Assembly: GCA_964016885.1 (NCBI GenBank) | Contig: OZ024743.1 | Coordinates: 231,322,001-231,386,000 of the forward strand | Source: Eledone cirrhosa | Taxonomy: Eukaryota | Direction: 5' to 3' | Length of the DNA: 64,000 bases | Shown here: one piece after another, positions 54,611 to 64,000 of the stretch | How positions within the stretch are numbered: position 1 is the stretch's first letter | Layout of the letters: each line of letters begins with the position of its first letter | Made by a program: the position numbers and the translations under genes | The notes under the pieces: model-generated | What the model saw: only the letters and a program-made list of their open reading frames with translations | Database searches by the model: none | Told to the model about the DNA's origin: nothing

Positions 54611-55850
54611 ATTGAAATAATAAAATAGACACAAATGATTTATTATTACACTTGTCTCGTCCCCAAAATTTGATATTTCGTAATCCAGTCTGTCGCTTTC
54701 CTAGCAACAATTTGTTTAATTTCACCTGTGTAATTTTCCTTTAATTCGAGTTACTACCTCATATAGATACTACAGACTATATGCAAAATAACGAAGTCAG
54801 TTCCTTGTATATTCACTCGACCTGCTAGAAAAACAAGCTAAAATATTCCTTCAAATCACCCCATTTACAAATGACTTTGAAACATATGGCAGATAAGATA
54901 ATAAAAGGCGGTAACATGCTTTGCTTAATTCGGTAGGGCTCTCTACGCTTAAATACCACCGAGGTCAAATTTACCCTCCATTTATTCATGGTAAAGCACC
55001 CTTCACAAACATGGTACGTTTCTTCCTCAAGATCTTTCTATCTCTCAGTATTGCTCTGTTTTTTTTATTTCTGGAATAAATCAGCTCTGTTCAGATTTGA
55101 ATATTGATAGGATCTGCTAGGTATTAAGATGACCAAGACATTCCGGTTGTCTTAACAGTGATCTTATATCCATATTAGGGATTGATATTAGGATTGCTTC
55201 GTTGGACCATTAGATGCTAAGTTTGAAGACGATAAGATTTGTTGTTGGCTGCTGGAAACCATTTGAACATAAATCATTCTAATCAAAGTTGGACCTGTAG
55301 TAACCAACAACTACAACAACACAAAGCCTCACTGCAACAAGCAAGAAATAACTTTCATCCCTGCCTGTTACATTTATCAGATAGATCTACGTATCTCTTT
55401 CTCACTCTTAGAATATGTTTTTCTCTTGTGCTCTATTTTATCACTCTGTCTTTCATTATCTGCACTTTTCTTTCTCCCTTGATTTATATCTCTCTTTCTC
55501 TCTCTTACTCCTACCTTCTCTCAAAGCCCAAATCTTGCGAGAAAAAATATTAATAAATATGAGTAATATTCAAATTAACACTTCAGTTGATAGCCAGTCA
55601 AATTAACGGTAAAGGTAGACAGTAGTTAATACATTAATATATATTATACACCATCAACAATGTTTTCTTTGAGAATTTCTGAAATGTATGTTGTTTTAAT
55701 ATCCCATGTCTTTCTCATTTATATCCTAATCTTTTACAATGCGGAGATTTCTTGTAATAATTTCGAGGAGGCGGAATATCACGTGAAACTTATATTTATC
55801 AGCCTTTATATCAAACTATCTATCTATCTATTTCGTGTTTATATATATAT

Positions 55851-56030
55851 AACACGAAGGAAATGTGGTAAGGAACCAGATGGACCATAACGCTCCAAAG
55901 TACTCAATACTTAGGATAGTAGAGTGGGTAATAGGAACAAGTATGACCGCGACGGCAGAGCTCAAGCCGTTTCGACGGCTAAATTAGCTGTCGAAACGGC
56001 TTGAGCTCTGCCGTCGGGGTCATACTTGTT

Positions 56031-56035
<5 letters not shown>
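55851..56035 (-). mobile_element. Family E pLTR fragment with near-perfect fold-back
   Basis: Arms 55931-55981 and 55983-56035 are inverted; flanked by (TA)n. Confidence 0.85.
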
Positions 56036-56073
<38 letters not shown>

Positions 56074-56099
56074 ACTTATATGTAATTTGTTCCACCAGA

Positions 56100-57500
56100 T
56101 CACATTCAAAGGATTGATTATAAACTCCACTAAAATTTATTGAGTACCATTTTCCATACTGTAAAGCCCGATTATAGTAATGTATGCAATAGCCACGACT
56201 CGAACAACATTAAGTAGAGCTTACCAAGGACTAAACAACAAGACAAACTAACATTCTCTACTGTCACAGAAAATATTGCTACGGCTAAAATTTTGCATAG
56301 CGTAAATCATATATTCTTTCAATATTACTGTACATGCATTCTCCTCTTGTATTTAACGAAGAAATTTTTTTCAAAATTGATGAATATAATATTTTGTAGT
56401 TTCTCTTGTCTTAGAAAATACTGGAGTTTCAGAATTTTATGCAAGGAACAATCGCTATAGAGTGAGTAGATATATAAAACATTTATATCAGCTGTCACAA
56501 AATATTCAATGTCGAACAACCACATTAGCTGAGAAACAATTTATCATCTCTCGACTAACGACCGGAAGTAGAAGGTTACTGTCGGAATGAGCTAACTAGA
56601 TGAATAATGAAGATTTATTTAACATACAAACAGAAACAGTAGGAAGCCAGATTACATGGCTTATAGAAAATTGTGTTTTCCGCCTAGGTTTGAAGATCGA
56701 ATTCCGCTGGTATTCTCTTTCATATTTCATCACTTTTATCGTTCATACAAAAGTGTCAAATGCTATTCTTGTTATTATGTTGTTTTTTTGTTGCTGTTTC
56801 CTTGGCTTATCTTTGTGTAAGTAGATGGATCTTTAAAATATTCAAACTATGACTACGCAGTGCCCACCTTTCTCAGTAAACGTATTAACTAAAGTGGCCC
56901 TCCATTTTTTCAGCCAGTAGAGGTGACATGACTTAAGACAGATTTGACCATGTACTCTTAGTATATCGAACAATCGGATAAAGTTTCACTCGTTACCTCG
57001 ATACCAGTAATATATAAATGTATGCCGAACATACCATTGACATAGAAAGCATTCTAGTGCTTCGAAGTAAAGATGATTTCTGTAATTCTGTTCTCCGATA
57101 ATTTTTACAAGACAAGACACCATGTTCAATTATATAAATGTGAGGTCTATTAAATCTGACCCACTGTATAGAAGTTATATTATTACATTTAAGTGATGAA
57201 TGGCAACATTAAACATGAAGAAAATGGAACAGAATAACAAAAATATATGGAATTACACTCTGGTGTATATGAGCTATATTTTATGCATTCAACCAACATG
57301 TAAATTTCATCATTTAAATATCGACTGCGAAGTGTGGTATTATGAAAGGTAAAATTGGTTTATATAAAACTGATACTTAATTAATCTATCAAGAATGAAT
57401 AAATGAAAATATTTGGTGATTCTATCAATTGCAAAATTAGAATCATCGCCTGCTGCCTCTTGAAAAAGTGCAGCAACAATTCACCTCTAACACAACTTAA
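56100..57500 (+). mobile_element. Possible very old PLE RT remnant
   Basis: Faint motifs only (WLIENCVFRLG, M.TQC.P, GVY); heavily decayed. Confidence 0.35.
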
Positions 57501-57668
57501 ATATTGGGATGTATCATGAAAGATAGTAAATCATCATTGACAAAGGTTAAATTCCTACCGTCAATATATGTTTAACAGAAAGTATGCTGCTTATAAATAG
57601 CAATACGCACACACACATACATATATATGTATATATGCAAATGTATATATATATATATATATATATAT

Positions 57669-59698
57669 AGAATTAGTATATCTACCAACATGTGTATACA
57701 GATGTATACCTATGCTAGCAAATATATATGTTATGTCTTAGTACCTTTGTGGTTCTATGCAGGGGGATGCAGAAACATTATATGAAAGACGTAAAATAAG
57801 AAAATTAAAAAAATTAAAAATTAACTTACTTACTAAAATTTTCACTCCAACTAATTAGTTTCTGTAAGGGAGTAAATATAGTTACGTAATGTAACTACAG
57901 AGAATTCCTTACGTCATCGGGAGTATATTCTCAGCTAAGTTCCCAGACAATGCGCGAACACTAGGAACCCATATAAAAATAATAATTCAGTGGATGGAAT
58001 AAAGCTAGCAAGGACTAAATTCCAGAGCACTGAAAAAATTCACTGCCTACTGGGTCAGTGGCAAATTATAAAGAATCAATCACGTGACACTGAGGTCAAA
58101 CAGTGAGGAGTTGGATGGTATTATGACAAGTACCTACTACTACTACCATGAACCATGGCAGTCAATTTTGGCAAGTTTTACTCAACAAATAATTTGGAGA
58201 TAAATATAGAGAATTAGTATATCTACCAACATATGTATACAGATGTATACCCATGCTAGCAAATATGTATATTATGTCTTAGTACCTTTGTGGTTCTATG
58301 CAGGGGATGCAGAAACATTATATGAAAGACGTAAAATAAGAAAATTAAAAAAATTAAAAATTAACTTACTAAAATTTTCACTCCAACTAATTAGTTTCTG
58401 TAAGGGAGTAAATATAGTTACGTAATGTAACTACAGAGAATTCCTTACGTCATCAGGGAGTATATTCTCAGCTAAGTTCCCAGGCAATGCGCGAACACTA
58501 GGAACCCATATAAAAATAATAATTCAGTGGATGGAATAAAGCTAGCAAGGACTAAATTCCAGAGCACTGAAAAAATTCACTGCCTACTGGGTCAGTGGCA
58601 AATTATAAAGAATCAATCACGTGACACTGAGGTCAAACAATGAGGAGTGGGATGGTTTTATGACAAGTGCCTACTACTACTACCATGAACTATGGCAGTC
58701 AATTTTGGCAAGTTTTACTCAACAAATAATTTGGAGATAAATATAGAGAATTAGTATATCTACCAACATATGTATACAGATGTATACCCATGCTAGCAAA
58801 TATATATGTTATGTCTTAGTACCTTTGTGGTTCTATGCAGTGGGATGCAGAACAATTATATGAAAGGCGTAAATTAAGAACATTTAAAAAATTAAAAATT
58901 AACTTACTTACTAAAATTTTCACTCCAACTAATTAGTTTCTGTAAGGGAGTAAATATAGTTACGTAATGTAACTACAGAGAATTCCGTACGTCATCAGGG
59001 AGTCTATTCTCAGATAAGTTCCCAGGCAATGCACGGACAATAGGAACCCATATAAAAATAATAATTCAGTGGATGGAATAAAGCTAGCGGGGACTAAATT
59101 CCAGAGCACTGAAAAAATTCACTGCCTAATTTTTAAAATTTTCTTATTTTACGTCTTTCATATAATTGTTCTGTATCCCCCTGCATAGAACCACAAAGGT
59201 ACTAAGACATACCATATATATTTGCTAGCATGGGTATACATCTGTATACATATGTTGGTAGATATACTAATTCTCTATATTTATCTCCAAAGTATTTGTT
59301 GAGAAAAACTTGCCAAAATTTAAAGCCATGGTTCATGGTAGTAGTAGTAGGCACTTGTCATAATACCACCCCACTCCTCACTGATTGACCTCAGTGTCAC
59401 GTGATTGATTCTTTAGAATTTTCCACTGACCCAGTAGGCAGTGAATTTTTTTCAGTGCTCTGGAATTTACTCCCCGCTAGCTTTATTCCATCCACTGAAT
59501 TATTATTTTTATATGGGTTCCTAGTGTCCGCGCATTGCCTGGGAACTTAACTGAGAATAGACTCCCTGATGACGTAAGGAATTCTCTGTAGTTACATTAT
59601 GTAACTATATTTACTCCCTTACAGAAACTAATTAGTTGGAGTGAAAATTTTAGTAAGTAAGTTAATTTTTAATTTTTTAAATTTTCTTATTTTACGTC

Positions 59699-59703
<5 letters not shown>
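57669..59703. repeat. ~540 bp tandem array with one HHR per unit and a terminal inverted unit (59129-59703)
   Basis: ACTCC-CTGATGA-CGTAAGG...CCTTACA-GAAA-CTAATTAG-TT-GGAGT at 59561-59642 (+) and 57844-57924, 58380-58461, 58922-59003 (-). No ORF. (TA)n flanks. Confidence 0.92.
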
Positions 59704-59736
<33 letters not shown>

Positions 59737-60548
59737 GGGAGGGCTGCAAAGGAGGAGGGAGAATTGACCCCAGGTTTGAACTGTTACGTTATGCGTCGTC
59801 CAGAAAAAGATGATATAAAAAGTTGGCAGGATTTGGAAACCGAGTGTAGAGAGCTGAAGCCAATATCGTGAACAGTTTTATCCGCTGTTGTAATGACACT
59901 GACCGTTCACCACCTTTCCACTGTATGGGGCCGGTATATGGATTAAATTAATTTTAAGAGTGGTCTGATCTACACATTCTACCAAACACATAACAGTTAT
60001 GAACAACAGAATAAGGAAGCCCTTAGATTGGAGAAGAACTTCAATATTTTAGGAAGTCCACAACTATTCTTCATATATAGCCTCGTTTTCTGAGTTAGCT
60101 ACAAAAATATATGTAAGTAAAACCAACAAGTAAAAATTACACAAGAAGATAATGGAAGGTAATGATGTTGGCAAATTGTCTGGACGTATCCGAGGATAGT
60201 TCTTCATCGGGTTATAGACAATAAAAGACAATTGTATCTTTGGGAAAGATAGAGTGAGAAGAAGAAGAAGGGAACTTAGAGGGGCGTACAAGGTAAAATG
60301 AGGAAAAAGCATAGAGAAGATAAGCCATGATTTGTTGGTATTCAGGGTCATTCAAAATGAGGTTAGTGTTTTAACGATTCATTTGAGGTAGAAGGAATGT
60401 ATGCGTGCATATTTTTGTGTGTTTTTATAAAACAGTCAAAATAGAAAGGCCCTCATGTGCGTGCAAGCACATGGGATTTGGTGTGTATGTGTATGTACGA
60501 TTGTAAATTTAAAACTTAAAACGTGCATATTAATTAACACGAATACAC

Positions 60549-60586
<38 letters not shown>

Positions 60587-61154
60587 GTGTGTGTTCGTGC
60601 TTGTGTGACTCACTGTCTCTCTGTCTGTATGCATTTGGATGTCAAACTGCGTGCATGGGTGGGTGCATGTCTCACCCCCTCTCTATCTCTCTCTGTTAAA
60701 AGATGTTGACAACTATGCTTTCTATTTCGTTCCCATATACAAATTGTTGATACAGAATAATTTAAACACCATACATTTTCTTATGTATAGGAGGAGAAAG
60801 AAACGCAGAAGATAAATGATAAGTATAGAATAATCGAAGGAGTGAAGTGTTAATAAAAAAAATCGACAGTGTTGTATATTTGAATAGTAACTAATAGAAT
60901 AGTTTCTGCAACAAAAATCTGAAAAGTAAATAACAAAACTAATTGGATGTTAAAAATTTGTGGTAATTTAACGATGATAATTCTGATGCAAACTTTTCTA
61001 GGACGGAAAGAGTTCATTTAAAAAATGCTTGCGAATGGCTTTATATATGTAAAAGTGAGAAAAGGCAAGTGAGAAAGAAATTGAAGATGTTTACCTGTAA
61101 TTGGGAGGAAGTTTATATAATGAATCATGCAAGCAAATAATTAGGTGATATCTG

Positions 61155-61776
<622 letters not shown>

Positions 61777-62017
61777 GTAATCTGAGTTTTTCTAATATTA
61801 ATAATAATCTTATTTTGCAATTATGCAAATAGCCACTTTTTTAAAGCCATGTCAATAGAATAAGCCCCCCCCCCCCATTTTTGCTCTCCTGTTGGCATGT
61901 AAACAAAACTGCAGACACTAATTTTTCTGGGTATTACCCTTCATCAGAACACTTCACTGTTCAACTGCGAACTGTCGGAACCAGTGAAAATACGTGATAT
62001 TTTCTAAAATATACAGT

Positions 62018-62128
62018 GACTGATCAGTCTGGTTTGCATATTAGCAGACTAGCTGATCAGTCAGATCTACATATTAGCAGATCCATTGATCAGCCAGATT
62101 TGCATATCAGCAGACAGGTTGGTCAGTT
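62018..62128. repeat. 33 bp minisatellite (~3.4 units)
   Basis: TGATCAG at 62021, 62054, 62087 and TGGTCAG at 62120. Confidence 0.85.
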
Positions 62129-62292
62129 CCCTGTATTCGAGCAATAAATGGCGGCTTTGCCATATAAAAAAAAAATCGGTCTATATGGCTGAATAAATTT
62201 TGTTTAAAGTTCATATATATATATATATATATTATACTAGTTGTAGAACATCTCATTTTTTTCTTGTATTTTATACCCCGCTCTTTTTCTTA

Positions 62293-62341
<49 letters not shown>

Positions 62342-62445
62342 ATAATACATTTGAAGAATAAAATCATAAGAGGCCTCGATAAGGATAAATATATATCAAA
62401 TATAAATGAACCGTAGACCAAATATTTATTAAAATAACAGATTAC

Positions 62446-62496
62446 AGTTTAAGCAAAGAATCGCAGCTTTCACCCTTAACGGGATCTTCTGAAACT
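62446..62496 (-). ncRNA. Hammerhead, variant core CAGAAGA, in family C pLTR
   Basis: AGTTT-CAGAAGA-TCCC-GTTAA-GGGT-GAAA-GC...GC-TT-AAACT. Confidence 0.7.
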
Positions 62497-63781
62497 ATAA
62501 AATTCAATCCCGGAACGAAAAAGTAAATATTTCGAAAAATGTTGCAACTGAAGGAAGACAGGAAGACTATACTTTGGTTCGTGGAAACGTTCCCTGGCAA
62601 AGAAATGGGAAAAAACTAACATAAAACGTCATTATTTGGGGCGTTGAAAACAATTACATGCAAAGCAAAACCACGTTTATGGTATAACTGAAGTCGTAGA
62701 CTAAAATTCTATTTAGGAAACCGAATGATTCTCGGCTTCAGAGTTAAGAATAATGTTAATAAATTACAGAGGTAATTGAAATCAACAGAAATTAAATATA
62801 TACATGCACACATCCATATACGTACATACACATGCGAAAACACCCGTCATGGGTATGGAAATTCAAGCATGTACACAAAAAAACAAAAAAAAACACGGAC
62901 GCCAAATACAGAACCCACGCAACGCCTGTACCCGCACACATACTAACGTATACACCAAATACACATAAAAATATATATAAATATATATATATATAAAATA
63001 TATATAAATATATATAAAATATATATAAATATATATAAATATATATAAAATATATATAAATATATATAAAATATATATAAATATATATAAAATATATATA
63101 AAATATATATAAATATATATATGTGAAGTAATTCCGTCGGAAAAGTTCAGGAAAAAAGAATGCTCTATGTAGGTAACAGAGCTTAATAGTTAGGTAATAA
63201 ACAACATAAGGCAATTATTCCATTTACCAGTAATTTCTTAAAAGCAAAAGATTTTGCTTTCAATCCTCAGAATGAAAAAATCCTGGTCTGTTTATTGAAT
63301 TTGGATTTTAAAAACAAAAATGCAATCTATATGAAAGTGAGGCTGGAGAAGGAAGAAGGAAAGGAAAAATAAAATAAAACTACATATGCAAACACACACA
63401 CAAAAACACAAAAGCATACATACACACACACACACGATGAACGAAATCCAGCCGTGACCATCTCCACTGAAAGTTTTCATGAAATAGTCTTTTAAGACTA
63501 TACAGAGCATTTGATGTTATTCCAAATTGAAGGATAAGTGTTTCAGAGTTTATTTTATCATGAGTTAAAGGTCTATGGATTTTTCCCTGGATTTTACTAA
63601 ATTCTGTGGATGAATTTATATCCTGATTCTCTTTTGAGATGAGTTTGAGTTATTTTTCCTAAATCTTCCGTTAACTACTTTTCCCATCTTGACGTTATAG
63701 TCGCATATACGTTATAGAATGCCGTTAGCTTCTTGCTAAAACAATCTCTATACCTCTCATTTATATATATATATATATATG

Positions 63782-63965
63782 CGAATCTTCCGGATCGCAA
63801 ATTTTCGATCGTACGGTTGATTATAGACTTGTTCTATGTGTGACGGTATTTTAACGATAGTTATAGCTCTGATTTATCTAAATTATGGAGCCCTCTGCCG
63901 CTCATATCGAATTTTGTTTATCGTGAACTCGTGCGCCGATTTTTCGATACTCGATTATTCTACTA
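63782..63965 (+). mobile_element. Family D terminal fragment
   Basis: Homologous to 36922-37110 and 11680-11742. Confidence 0.7.
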
Positions 63966-64000
63966 TATTTAGCTCTAGACCTAGCTATTGACCAGTTAAT

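Overview
AT-rich animal genomic DNA saturated with (TA)n/(CA)n microsatellites. The SINE, LINE and microsatellite make-up resembles an octopus/cephalopod genome (inference). I see no host gene, and most ORF-track entries are microsatellite artefacts. The window is dominated by Penelope-like retroelements (PLEs) inserted in (TA)n runs: a large Neptune-like tandem/inverted element at 28.0-35.4 kb, several Naiad-like RT/GIY-YIG remnants and many solo pLTR pieces. tRNA-derived SINEs and RTE-like LINE 3' fragments are also present. The main hidden signal, folded by eye, is about 30 type-I hammerhead ribozyme (HHR) motifs from more than ten unrelated families. Four tandem arrays (units of about 316, 312, 400-450 and 540 bp) carry one HHR per unit and a head-to-head inversion, resembling retrozymes or non-autonomous PLE derivatives. 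Recurrent non-canonical cores occur (CAGANGA in three families; compensatory U3-A8 in one). One Naiad-like remnant has an in-frame TGA at a conserved zinc-finger Cys, a possible selenocysteine codon.
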